From positions 1 through 64,000 of the forward strand of contig MCFE01000128.1 in NCBI GenBank assembly GCA_002104905.1: a stretch of DNA of 64,000 nucleotides, in the 5' to 3' direction. The translations under genes and the position numbers were made by a program. Numbering within the stretch: position 1 is the stretch's first letter; each line of letters starts with the position of its first letter. The DNA is from Basidiobolus meristosporus CBS 931.73. Lineage: Eukaryota; Fungi; Basidiobolomycota. Shown piece by piece: positions 36,557-47,656 of this stretch. The notes beneath the pieces are model-generated. The model ran no database searches. It had not been told where the DNA came from and was given only the letters and a program-made list of their open reading frames with translations.

Positions 36557-37898
36557 TTATTTGTAGAACTCAAAGTCGATGTCAGTCTTCTTGACGTTGG
36601 ACTTGTATCCCTTCTCGATGTCTTTGCTGAGAATGACGTACCGGTTCTTGCGCACCGCCTGCATGCCGGCCTCCTGGCAAATGGCTGCGATATCCGCGCC
36701 GCTCAGCTTGTCAGGGCGGGAAACAACTAAATGCAACTGATTAGTGGACTGGCAAGGGGAAGGGCATCCACCCACGGCTACTTACAATCCTCCAGGTCCA
36801 CCTCCTCCGACAGATTCATCTTTCCCGTGATTGTGGAGAAGATCAGCCGCTTCTGACGACGATCTGGTGTTGGAAACTCAATCTTCCGGTCCAGTCGCCC
36901 GGGACGCAGCAGGGCCGGATCTAGGGTATCTGCGCGGTTGGTAGCCATGATCACCTTGATGTTGGAGCTCTGATCGAAGCCGTCCATTTGATTCAACAGC
37001 TCGAGGAGAATACGCTGAACCTCACGGTCAGCCCCGGTTTGTGCATCAAACCGCTTGGTGGCGATGGCATCTACCTCGTCGATGAAGATGATGGCCGGGG
37101 AGTTCTCTCGGGCAAGACGGAAGACGTCACGTACCATGCGTGGCCCTTCGCCTAGGTATTTCTGAACGAACTCCGAGCCCACCACTCGAATGAACGACGC
37201 GGTTGTGTGGTTGGCGACGGCCTTGACCAGCATGGTTTTTCCCGTGCCAGGAGGCCCGTAGAGAAGCACACCCCGAGGTGGATCGATCCCAATCTGTCTG
37301 TACAGGTCGAAGTGCGTCAGCGGCAGCTCGACGGCTTCACGGATCTCTTGCTTCTGGATATCCAGCCCGCCAACATCCGAATACGATACGTCGGGTTTCT
37401 CCGCCGCGCTCAACAACGCGATGCTGCTGTCAGCCTCGGGTGGAAGGACGTCTACCAGCGCGTTCGAGTGCCTGTGCAAGGCCACTGAAGAGCTGGGCTT
37501 CAGCAGCTCACGGTCGATCGTGCTGAGAATGCGAACAACATAATTCGAACCAGTAGTAGAGCCAACTATGCCGGTGTGCTCGTCAATGGGCTCCAAGAAC
37601 TGCCCAATCACTAGAGGTACGGATTGGATTCTCTTGACCTCCTCCTGGGCCCGGATAAGCTCCCTCTTCAGATTCTTCTGCTCATCTTTAATATACTCCT
37701 CCTGAATCTCCAAGAACTCAAGATGACGTTGGAGCTTCTTTAGTTTGGTGTAAAGGTCATCCTCACTCAGGGCGTCGAGACTCTCGGTTGCCTGAGTAAC
37801 AGGGTCCTGGGTGGAATGGAATGGGTTACTGTTCTCGTATTTCAAATCGAAGGTAAACGAACCTGCGGCCTCTCGATTTTGATGCCAATCTCCTCCAT
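36557..37898 (-). CDS. RPT3: 26S proteasome AAA ATPase subunit Rpt3
   Basis: [71 protein letters not shown]-terminal FEFYK. Two introns. Confidence 0.98.
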
Positions 37899-38151
37899 AT
37901 CGTTACCAAGTGTCTGTTCTAAGTCTGAAATTCAGCTTGCACTGGGTGCTTGCTGTTTTGTTATTATGATTACGTAGCTACTGCCACTTGCCCCCTCCAA
38001 CACGAAATTCATCAAATCAAGTTCCAACAATTTTTTCGGGTAATATAAAGATGAAGATACAAGTGGATTATGGTTTCAATGATTTATTCTCGTATGTAGT
38101 ACACTAAACCTAGGCGGTTTCGGCTAATACGGAGATCACTTGACGAGTTGA

Positions 38152-38290
38152 TCACTAATAATTCAAAGGTTAGCGAATATCCTGGTGATGGGTTGACTGG
38201 GCCGGCTACACTTACTTTGGATCTGGCTCTCATCTTTCTTCTCTTGCGCTTAAGACGTCTTTGTCTCTTCTTCTTCCACTTATCTCTCAT
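38152..38290 (-). CDS. RPL41: Ribosomal protein eL41 (25 aa); stop codon on a separate exon
   Basis: MRDKWKKKRQRRLKRKRRKMRARSK, then a GTAAGT donor, GCTAAC branch site and TAG acceptor, then TGA at 38152-38154. Confidence 0.92.
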
Positions 38291-38532
38291 GGCTAAACCG
38301 CAAAGATTAATGACTGTCTGGCTAGAATTTACTGCTATCGATCAACCTACCTACTAATGCAACGTAAAGAGACGGAGGAAGTGCCATCTACCCTGCACAC
38401 TCAATATATACATGCCGACCGTGGTCTACCCAGCCCCTGCCAAGAAAGTTTTTTTCATTTTTTTTACTGATTTTCCCGAAATTCACGGTTCCATTTGGTC
38501 AATTAGGTTCGTGTTTATTATAACCGAGTTGA

Positions 38533-39538
38533 TCATCTCAGATGGTTGAACTTGGGCAATATCTAGCATCAATAAACCTTAGTATCTTCACGGTCAAGGG
38601 GATGGCGAATGGGGCTATACCTCACGCAGATAATCCAGATGCTTGAGGTGGAGCGCGTTCTAAAACAAGGCTCTCTGTTGGCATGCATCATCGTGAAAAT
38701 AAACGTGCTATCGTGGGGGGACTTACCGTGGAATTTTCCTTCTGGAGTCGGCGATTGCACCGTGCTCCATATATCACGGTGTTGTCAGGAATGGTCTCGC
38801 TGATTTCGGTGCAGCAGGCGCAGCCGACGACGCAATTGTTTCCAACCACAGTCGTTCCTAACACTCGGGCTAGGTTTCCCGTTAGCAGGTGGGCTTGAGG
38901 GGGGCATCCATACACCTACTCACCTTTAGCCTCGAAAACATTTCTATCCCCGATTCGACTGCTTTCGATGTCTTGACGGTGGAGTTAAATTTGAATAGGG
39001 GTGTTCGAAAAGGGGATTCAATTGCTCAAAGTGAAAAAGGATACACGAGCCAACTTCGAATACGTTTTCGTCGCCTATGATAAGTGGCGAGGTATTTCTT
39101 CAGATAGGGTGAGTGGATGTGGCTCACCACCTTCAAAGGGAATGGGTCTTGGTGACTTACTTGTTGATAATCACAACGTTCTCTTCGACGATGTTTCTGG
39201 TGCCAAGAATGATAGGCCCAACTTCGGCAATAATACTAGTGTGTGGATGAACGATGGTCCCTTTTTTCCCAAAGTTACTACCGATTCCCCCTGCACAGAC
39301 TAGAAGAATGCGAAATACCTTCCCCTATAGAAGAGTCCTGTTTACTATGGAGTCTCTAAGGGAACTGATGAGCCTGAAAATGGAAGGAAAATCTGGTACC
39401 AATCGTAACGTCACCACTGATGTTAGTGTCGTGGCAGACAATAGCTCCAGCCTCGATATTGACTCCTCTGTGTGGAAGCTTAGTTCAGCGTTCGTAGGAA
39501 ACATCTCCTAGTAACTTAAAGTACCTCTTCGTGTTCAT
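38533..39538 (-). CDS. DCTN6: Dynactin subunit p27 (DCTN6-like, left-handed beta-helix)
   Basis: Spliced translation MNTKRGVNIEAGAIVCHDTNISGDVTI-GEG-TIVHPHTSIIAEVGPIILGTRNIVEE...IIGDENVFEVG...IPDNTVIYGARCNRR...HLDYLREILPKFNHLR matches DCTN6 as recalled. The model needs a 6-nt micro-exon. Confidence 0.88.
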
Positions 39539-39697
39539 TAGTTCTGCGCTGTGGAAATGCAAGTGCAAGCGTCCCAACTAGGGGATTCATTCCAACAGGA
39601 TACAATTGAAATTCCTGGCGTTCAAAGCAATTTGATTGGACCAAAGATGATTACATTGGTGAAAGAATGCATATAGTGATGGGCAAATCCGTCTGGT

Positions 39698-40282
39698 TTA
39701 TTTGGATTGATGTTTGTAAGGTCCACTTTTGCCACCAGTCTTTTCCAACACCTTGATATCGCTGAGGACCATATCTTTTGTAACCGCCTTGCACATGTCG
39801 AATACGGTCAAGGCAGCAGTTGAGACGGCAGAGAGCGCCTCCATCTCCACCCCTGTATTTCCCTGACATTCTACTTTAGCTGTGATATCAACTGCCAGGT
39901 CCTTTTCGTTCAACACAAGCTGGACGTCTATGTGCGAGAGTAGCAGAGGATGACACAGAGGGATCATGTTGCTGGTTTGCTTCGCCCCGTTGATACCGGC
40001 TATTTGTGAGACTGTGAGCACGTCACCCTTTTTCATGGAATTCGCAGCAACCAGGGGAAATGCTTTGGGCCCAAGAAACACCCTACCACCGGCGATCGCC
40101 GTACGATGAGTAGGCTTCTTTTCTGTGACACTCACCATAGATGCCTTTCCGGTGGTTGGGTCGATGTGGGTCAGATTCGACGACTCCCCCTGTAGGCCAC
40201 CCCCAGTAGCGGTGGTAAAGCCCCTACGGACTCTTGAGAAGAAGGCTCTGTTGAAGCCTATGACGGTGGAGAGGCTGCTCAT
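39698..40282 (-). CDS. moaC: Cyclic pyranopterin monophosphate synthase MoaC with mitochondrial presequence
   Basis: LTHID...ASMVSVTEK, KKGDVLTVSQIAGINGAKQTSNMIPLCHPL, TGVEMEAL, DMCKAV, KTGGKSG. Confidence 0.95.
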   Translation of the reverse strand: MSSLSTVIGFNRAFFSRVRRGFTTATGGGLQGESSNLTHIDPTTGKASMVSVTEKKPTHRTAIAGGRVFLGPKAFPLVAANSMKKGDVLTVSQIAGINGAKQTSNMIPLCHPLLLSHIDVQLVLNEKDLAVDITAKVECQGNTGVEMEALSAVSTAALTVFDMCKAVTKDMVLSDIKVLEKTGGKSGPYKHQSK

Positions 40283-40611
40283 GGAAGTCCGGGAGGAAGT
40301 TCGTTACGGGAAAGAATGAACTTTTGGGAAAATCCAACAATCAGCACCTTTTCTAAACGGAGTAAGTTGCGATGGAATCGATATAAACATTTGATTAGAA
40401 CCACACACCCCGAGTTATCCCGTTCTCTGGATACGCCCAGAACCCAATTAGATTAGCCATTTTTACCAGACTTCGGTCGATAGCAGACCTGACCTTGGCC
40501 ATGTCTCACACATGGACCAGAAAAAATTGGGACACACTCTACACATATGGATCTCACAAATCAATGTGAAGAAAGCCTTTATTATTGCGAATAAATGAGG
40601 GTTTAAGAGAT

Positions 40612-41078
40612 TTAGAAAACAAGAGCAGCACCCTAGAGGTGGAGAATGTTGAGTACACGGTGGAAGGGACAACTGACGTGCATGGAGGCTTACCTTGGTC
40701 TTCTTGTCACCGCCAAGTTCGAAGTGCTTGCAACGCTTCAAGGAGAGTTGCATCTTGTACTTGCAAGCGGTACATTCCAAACGGAGGACAACCTTCTTGG
40801 TGGTCTTGGCCTTCTTGTGGAAGACGGGCTTGGTTTGACCACCATAACCGGACTGCTTACGGTCGTAACGACGCTTACCCTGGGCGAAAAGGGAAGCCTT
40901 ACCGGTCTTGTATTGGGTCACCTTGTGGGGGGTGTGCTTACGACAAGCCTTTCCCTTGCAGTAAGTGTTTCTGGTTTTAGGAATGTTGACCTAAGACACG
41001 AGGCTAAGCTTTAGTAATCCCTCCTTTGTACGCAGGCTCGTCGGACCGATGGATGAGAAGTAATGGATGGCTTACCAT
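40612..41078 (-). CDS. RPL42: 60S ribosomal protein eL42 (L44/L36a), Pro56 type
   Basis: M|[28 protein letters not shown]...[17 protein letters not shown]...GGDKKTK|GAALVF. Pro at the cycloheximide-sensitivity position. Confidence 0.98.
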
Positions 41079-41410
41079 TTCGACAATACTACCACCGGAC
41101 GGGTAATGAAAAGAGAAAGAGGGATTGTCGCTGAAGAATGGGATAATTTTAATCCAATTCCAGGCCCCCTCGCCAATCACCAGAGATCATCGGCTCGCAA
41201 AAAAAAAAAGCGGCCACCGTTCGCTGGAACCGGCATAAAGTTAGGCAATCTGTCGCGCATTGGTTCGTGGGGGATGGGGGATCGTGCTTAAATGCGCAGC
41301 TGGGTTATGCAGAGAAGTGATTGGATTTCGATGGAGAAAATTTGAGGGCAAGGATTTTTTTTAAAAGAACATGCTTGACCCGAGAGGGCACCTTCTCTCT
41401 ATCGGCAAAC

Positions 41411-41866
41411 ATGGTACGTACTATTTCCCTTGAGCCCAGTATGGCTGCCGAGTGGCGCGCGCGGCTAGATGGATGGATGCCCGCCGGTTCTCGGATGGAT
41501 GCCAACCCCTCCCTCACCTTACCCGTTACTGACGACTGTTGTTGACAGGCTAAGAAGGACGCTCCCGCCAAGCCCTCCTCCGGAGGAAAGAAGACTAAGA
41601 AGAAGTGGTCCAAAGGAAAGGTCAAGGACAAGGCCAACAACTTGGTCGTCTTCGATCAAGCCACTTTGGACAAATTGATGAAGGAGGCCCCTACCTACAA
41701 GCTCATCACCACCTCCGTCTTGGTCGATCGTCTTCGTATCAATGGTTCTCTTGCTCGCGTTGCTCTCAGAGAACTCGAAGCCAAGGGTTTGATCAGCAAG
41801 GTTTCCACCCACGGTTCCCAACTCATCTATACTCGTGCCTCCGCTGATGCCACCGAGGAAGCTTAA
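41411..41866 (+). CDS. RPS25: 40S ribosomal protein eS25
   Basis: M|[70 protein letters not shown]. Intron right after the ATG. Confidence 0.98.
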
Positions 41867-42163
41867 TTGACCTTCCCGCAGTCGGCGCATATCAATAAAA
41901 TCGCTTTGCAAATAGATTCGTCCCAGTGACCTCGATGTTTTGTGTGTGGTTCCCGATTGTTCGGTGGTTTTCTTCCTTGAACAATGTTCCGGTCCAGCAT
42001 AGCGTGGTGGATCCTCGGCGTGACTGCTTGCAATCGGGTACCAAGCCACGGTGCCAAGCCGGACGCAGGGCTGTTCATCCCTCCGCTTAATCACACCAGC
42101 ACTCCATGGATCCGGGTGGAGACAATGACCATGCAGGCAATGACACAATGGATAAAGGGGAGC

Positions 42164-42165
<2 letters not shown>

Positions 42166-42202
<37 letters not shown>
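42166..42202. repeat. (GT)n microsatellite, ~18 units
   Basis: Directly visible. Confidence 0.98.
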
Positions 42203-42204
<2 letters not shown>

Positions 42205-42377
42205 CGTGAGGTAGAATATCCTTTTATGAGCAATGCAGCGCATGCAATATAGCACCATTCTGCTGCAGGCGTTAATTTGGTTTGGGATAGACCAACCAGG
42301 TAATCACCGACTCTAGCCTGGCTATTTAAACTAGCCTTCAACCGCCCAGAGCCTGGATAGAGTGATTGTTACTTTTG

Positions 42378-42794
42378 ATGGGGCGACAGCTGGTATTCGC
42401 ATATGTCGCGCTTTCTTGTGTGGTATCCGGCTCTCCTATAGATTCACAACCCTCCACCATCGCCTCTGCACCAGCCCCCGACTCCACCGTCAAGGCCACC
42501 CTCATCCGCAACCCCAAGAACTTCGAAGTGTTGGATGGCGTTCTGATCGGGGTCGGTGTTCTTCTCCTCCTGGCCATCACCTTCGTGGCCTGGAAATTCT
42601 CCTGGTTCGGCTGCTGTCGGAAGAAATCCGCCCCGGTCGAGGTGACCTTGGAGGAGACCTCCACCATGCCCGGGAAACCCAAGGCCATGGCGACTACCCC
42701 CTACTCCCTCCCCGTCTCCGTGATCCATGCGATGAACGGGGTGGCCGAAGCCCAGAAAGTCCAGAAAGGAAACGTGTTTAACTACACCAAATAG
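42378..42794 (+). CDS. Small single-pass membrane protein with signal peptide
   Basis: MGRQLVFAYVALSCVVSG signal, S/T/P-rich ectodomain, TM VLIGVGVLLLLAITFVAW, juxtamembrane GCCRKK. Codon usage is C-ending like neighbouring genes. Confidence 0.7.
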   Translation: MGRQLVFAYVALSCVVSGSPIDSQPSTIASAPAPDSTVKATLIRNPKNFEVLDGVLIGVGVLLLLAITFVAWKFSWFGCCRKKSAPVEVTLEETSTMPGKPKAMATTPYSLPVSVIHAMNGVAEAQKVQKGNVFNYTK

Positions 42795-42920
42795 ATCCCC
42801 GCCCCGCCCCGCCCCACCCCCGATAGACATTCCCTGATGTAAAGCAACCGAGCATAATAAATCCAACCTTAACCAGCACATTAATTTATTATCTATGTTC
42901 AGCCATTCTTCCACGGTGCT

Positions 42921-43384
42921 CTATTCAATGCTCTTCCACGCGAGCAGGGTCAGCGGGACACAGAGGGTGGATAATCCGGGTAGCCCTGGCGGCGCCCAGC
43001 TTCGATGGTCCGGAAATGCCGTTTGGGCTGAGAGTGCCACATCCGCCTCGCTCCCGTCCGGGAAGAATGCGGAGATGGGGGTGGGCGTAGGAAAGGGCCT
43101 CGTCCAGTCCGGTGATTTCGTGCTGGTCGTCGGTGGGACAGTGGATTCGGTCGATGTTCGGTGGGATATGGTGGGGATCTTGGTTCGAGTGGGGGTTTCG
43201 CTTTCGTCCTCGTTGTCCGTCTCGTTCCCGTCCAACTGATCGTCGTCGGGTGTGCTGGTGTCGCTGGTTGGATACTTTCCTCCCCGCCGACTTTTTGTAG
43301 TGTCTTTTCGTTGGTGTCGGGAGAGGTGAGGACATCGGCGCAGGCGCTGGTGATAAGCGCTACCAGAAGAACGATGGGTCGCAT
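42921..43384 (-). CDS. Secreted S/T/D/E-rich, possibly GPI-anchored protein with an apparent 1-nt frameshift near 43280-43310
   Basis: Signal peptide MRPIVLLVALITSACA is in one frame. The acidic/Thr-rich linker and hydrophobic C-terminus (GLSTLCVPLTLLAW) are in another frame (ORF 42921-43235). Confidence 0.55.
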
Positions 43385-43734
43385 GTTGCCACAGCCCTTG
43401 AGGAGGGGGTGTACTGCTGAAGTGTGGGGAAGCTGGAGAGGCTCGGGTCGGCCGATATTTCGCTTATATAGCGAAGGGAGGAAGTCCGGTTGCAGTAGAG
43501 ATGTGTAGTCGGAGTTTAGCCAAACGACGGCTCTCGGAAGGGATCCCAGGAAAATCGATTCGGACGTCGAATTATTCGTTGCATCATGCATTCGCCTCGT
43601 TTGGTCAGCTTCTATGGAACACCGTTTGGCCCGTCCCACGTGACCCGTGATCGGTGAAAATTCCGTCCAGCTTGGTATTTGAGTATCCGGTTACCAACGC
43701 AGGCTTGTCTAGCTCAAGCGCACTCAGGTAGAGC

Positions 43735-45002
43735 ATGACTACCTTCAACGTAGACTCCTTGCTAAGAACCTCGTATCCGCGACCCCACTTACGCAAGCTG
43801 ATCCTGTCTTACGGCGTGGACTGGATACTAGTGGGCGTGTTCTCCTTGGGGTTCTGGTTGTTTGATTATATACCGCCTTTCCATAGGAAATTCTCCTTGA
43901 CAGACAAGACCATCAGCTACCCTTTCGCCCTCCATGGAACCGTGCCCAACTGGCAGCTGTTCGTACGTCCCTGTCGGCTAGAACCTTCCCCCGACCCCGT
44001 TCGCTCACCGTTTCCCTAGGTTTTTTCCTTTTTGGTGCCGTTGGTGATTCTCTCGGCCGTCGCCTTGGCCATCCGACGAAGCCCTTACGATTGTCACTCC
44101 GCATTACTAGGTATGATTAGTGTTGGCTGGTTGGTTACCTGGTTCTTATTGGCTGACCGTTCCCAGGCCTCTGCTTCTGCATGTCGTTGACGTTGTTGGT
44201 GACCCATATCCTAAAGGTAGGTATGCATCCACTTGGAGTGATACGCCGCGAGGTATTCACCCACCTTCCCTCAGACCACCATCGGCCGGCTTCGACCCGA
44301 CTTCATTGACCGCTGCCAACCGACTGTGACCCAGGACGCTCCTTTGGGGCTCTCCGGTTCGGAGATATGCGCCCAGGCCGACAGCAAGATCTTGCTGGAT
44401 GGCATGAAGAGTTTCCCCAGCGGGCACACTTCACGTAAGCATGACCTCCTCCACCCGTCCCATCGAAATCCACTCCTCACTCAGCCTAATCTTCCCGTCG
44501 ATGCTAGTATCCTTCGCGGGGTTGACCTTCCTCTCCCTCTACCTCGCCGGGAAGTTGCACCTCTTCGATGAACGCGGGCACACCTACAAAAGCTTCATCT
44601 GCGTGGCACCCATGATTGGCGCGGCGCTGATCGGGGTGTCCCGCATCTGCGATTACAGACATCACTGGCAGGACGTGGTCGTCGGCGCACTCATCGGTAA
44701 GCCAGCGGATCCCCATGTACCCTTTAACCCCGACCCAACCTAACTCTGTCCCCCGCGCGTCTATTCTAGGTATGGCGGCCGCTTACTACTCCTACCGGCA
44801 ATATTATCCGCACTTGGGCTCCCCGAGATGCGACAAACCCTTCCCCCCTCGTATCCCCAACCCATTCCGTGACAAGTATCGGGAGGACACGGATCGGCTG
44901 CTTCGTACCGCCAGCCCACTGCCCGAGGAGGATCCCGATGAGATCCTGGTGGATGATGGTCACTTCTCTTCCCCCTCCCCCTCCCCCTTCGTTACTCTAT
45001 AG
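43735..45002 (+). CDS. PAP2-family lipid phosphate phosphatase (Dpp1-like)
   Basis: K..IGRLRPDFIDRC, MKSFPSGHTS and SRICDYRHHWQDV are the three PAP2 motifs. Five introns. Confidence 0.93.
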
Positions 45003-45206
45003 CCTCCTCCCCACCGACCAACCGACCGCTTTTGCGCTCAGTTGCCAGACTAGCCGACCTGGGCTTCGCACCCACATCACTTTGTACCCACTCGGGGTCC
45101 CCCCCCCGCCGCGGCCCAGAAAATAGATGCCCCTTACCGACCCCGACCCCAGCCCCGGCCCATATGGTTATGTATTTACTCACCAACCACAATAAATCCT
45201 CCCGTT

Positions 45207-45760
45207 TCAGTAACCGCAGTGGGGACCCTTTGTAAACACGCATTTGGAGATGAAAGGATCCTCCTTGAGCTCCACACATAGGCTGGACCTGGTTTCCTCC
45301 AGTGTCTTATGATGATTGGTGGCCGTTATGAGATCATCAGCATGTATGGGTGGGAATGCCGGATTTACTCCATCAGATATATGACTGATACTATTGTCAG
45401 TGGTGCTTCCTGGAAAGCTTGGGGTTTGCAAATAGGCGCTCAGCTTGCCACTCCATGCCCTTGGTGATTGGTTGACCCTGTCAAAAGACTCTTCCACTTG
45501 CTCACCAAATGAGGGCCATCATAGTCAGGAAATCATCCGGCTGGTGCATATCCATGTCCTCATCAGGCTTGTCATCACAAGATGTTACTTGTGCTTCCAT
45601 TGGACAGATACAAGCCACTATTTAGCCACAATACTGATATCAATTGGATGGATCAACTGGTGCCACCAGTGTGACAATACTAATGCCATGGATTGGATGA
45701 ACTGGATGTGTGTTTGTTCAGGTGGCCTTCTAAAGCAATTTCTACCCAGGGTACATTGAA
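45207..45760 (-). mobile_element. Degenerate Ty1/copia reverse transcriptase fragment
   Basis: DEDMDMHQPDDF (EEIYM.QP.GF-like), QSPRAW.GKLSAYL, and IHADDLITA (degenerate YVDD), with frameshifts and stops. Confidence 0.8.
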
Positions 45761-45799
45761 TGCATTGGGAGCCATATGTTGCTCTATGAGAAATGATCT

Positions 45800-46010
45800 G
45801 GTCCCACAGGTGGATCTGATCAGAATTTACTGCAAGGACCCCTCAATGAGGCCATAACAATGCTGGCAGCTTTAAATTCCTAGCCTTAAGCCTATGTTTA
45901 TTTGACAGGGCCTAACTGGCTAAGACATCTAGTAACCATATATAGTAGGAAGCTTGAAGGTGTTTTGACTACCTGATGCAGATCCCCATTGGCTTTATTA
46001 CAGCAGTATG
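45800..46010 (+). mobile_element. Internally deleted terminal fragment of the CACTA-like family
   Basis: GGTCCCACAGGTGGATCT...CAATGCTGGCAGCTT resembles 47211-47285 and the reverse complement of 60600-60675. The following sequence aligns loosely with 47440-47540. Confidence 0.6.
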
Positions 46011-46151
46011 TGTTGTAAGAGTTCTGGAGATATTGGAAATAATTGGGGGGGGGAGCAAGTAGATTGTGTGGTTTTCAATTAAAAACTTACTAAGTGTATA
46101 AGTGGTACTTATACTTTTACATGGTCTTGCCAGAACATACATGTAGAATTA

Positions 46152-46436
46152 ATTAGGAAGGTTCCAAGGGCATGTGCGCAGAGTTTGGGGCTATTTGGAC
46201 AATGTATCAGAATTCCATGTTTTGGGTGTTGCAGAAATTTGTGATTCCACCTAAATACTCACCTAACTTTGTCACTTAGATCATCACCTATGCATCTTAG
46301 AGAACACTGCCCAAGTTCCTTGTTGGGATTTACTTGGAATATTTCCACCAAAACATTAGGTACCCAGCACATGAACATTCTCAGTGTTGTCCAAACAGTC
46401 CCAAACTTTGCCCACATGCTCTTATGACCTTACTAG
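46152..46436. mobile_element. MITE-like element with ~70-bp imperfect terminal inverted repeats
   Basis: 46167-46227 (gggcatgtgcgcagagtttggggctatttggacaatg...) is the near reverse complement of 46362-46420 (...ttgtccaaacagtcccaaactttgcccacatgctc). No coding capacity. Boundaries approximate. Confidence 0.65.
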
Positions 46437-46578
46437 ACATATGCTACATGTTTGTTTTACCAATGCCAGGTAATGGTATAAATACTACTCTTACATTTGA
46501 TACATCATCAAGTGGAAACCACAAAATCTACTTGTTCTCCCAATCACTCCCAATATCTCCAAACTCTTAAAACAGGCT

Positions 46579-47200
46579 ATGAGTCCCAAGCTGTTGCACT
46601 CCACAATGTCCACCACTGCTATTACTGGAACTCTTCCCTCTGCTGAAAAGTTGGATGGATCTAACTTCCAAGTCTGGAAGGTGAAGATGAAGATGCTGCC
46701 ACAGGAAAGAGGCCTTTGGGATATTGTTCTGGGAGAAGAGTGCCCTCCAAAAAACAAAGGAGAGGAAGCCTTAGAGTACAAGAAAAAAGAACCAAGTGCC
46801 ATAAGCTGAATTTGCCTTAATGTTAGAGACAAGTTGCTAATTCAATGCTCAAGAGCAAAAACAGCAAAAAATACCTTGAAGGCATCAGCAGACACATACC
46901 AGTAATGTTCAGCTGCTAAGAAGATGTATTTTAAACAAAAATTTTTACCACAAAGATGCTACCAAGAGAAGAAATAAAATATCTAATGAACATAAATACC
47001 CTGTTGGTTGATGAGAAGGATCCGTGGGTGTACCAACCACTGATGATGATGTGATGGTTACTACCCTGAATAGCCTGACAGACATGTTTCAGGGTCTTGT
47101 ATCAGTCCTAGAGTCAAGAACTGAAGATTTGGCCTTCAATTATGTATATGGAAGACTCCCAGATCAAGAATCAAGAAATCAAGTGCCAATAAGCACCATG
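46579..47200 (+). mobile_element. Degenerate Ty1/copia gag fragment
   Basis: EKLDGSNFQVWKVKMKML..RGLWDIV..E, followed by a UBN2-like region (DDDVMVTTLNSL..MF..LV..LE). Stops present; truncated by a CACTA-like terminus. Confidence 0.8.
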
Positions 47201-47656
47201 TAAATAAACTGGTCCCACATGTGGATCTAATCCAGATCAGCTGTCAGGATCCTGCAATGAGTCTGTCACAATGCTGGCAGCTTGGAATTATTGACCCTAC
47301 ATACTACCATACAATGAGATTGTGAAGGTATTTTGCTGATTTTACTGCCAAATAAGCTTAAAAACTTGTCAGTGTTTGAGTGGTCTTTTGTCCAGAATTG
47401 CATGGCAATCTAATGATCTTGATGTGCTCTACATATATTTGAGTAGACCCAGCTGGCCAATACATTCAATTGTCTCATATGGCAAGATACTTGATGGTTT
47501 TCTGACGGCCTTGTTGCAAACTTATGCCAGTATTAGAACAGTAGTACAGCAGCCTACAGCTAGTTTGTATAATGCTACCATACCAATTTACCTATTGGCA
47601 TTTTCTTTTTCTACCTCCCCTTCCATTGTTCATTTCACCACTATGGAATCACCCCT

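Noticed and set aside
41414-41548. Intronic snoRNA in the longer RPS25 or RPL40 introns
   Set aside because: No convincing C/D (RTGATGA...CTGA) or H/ACA box arrangement was found by eye.
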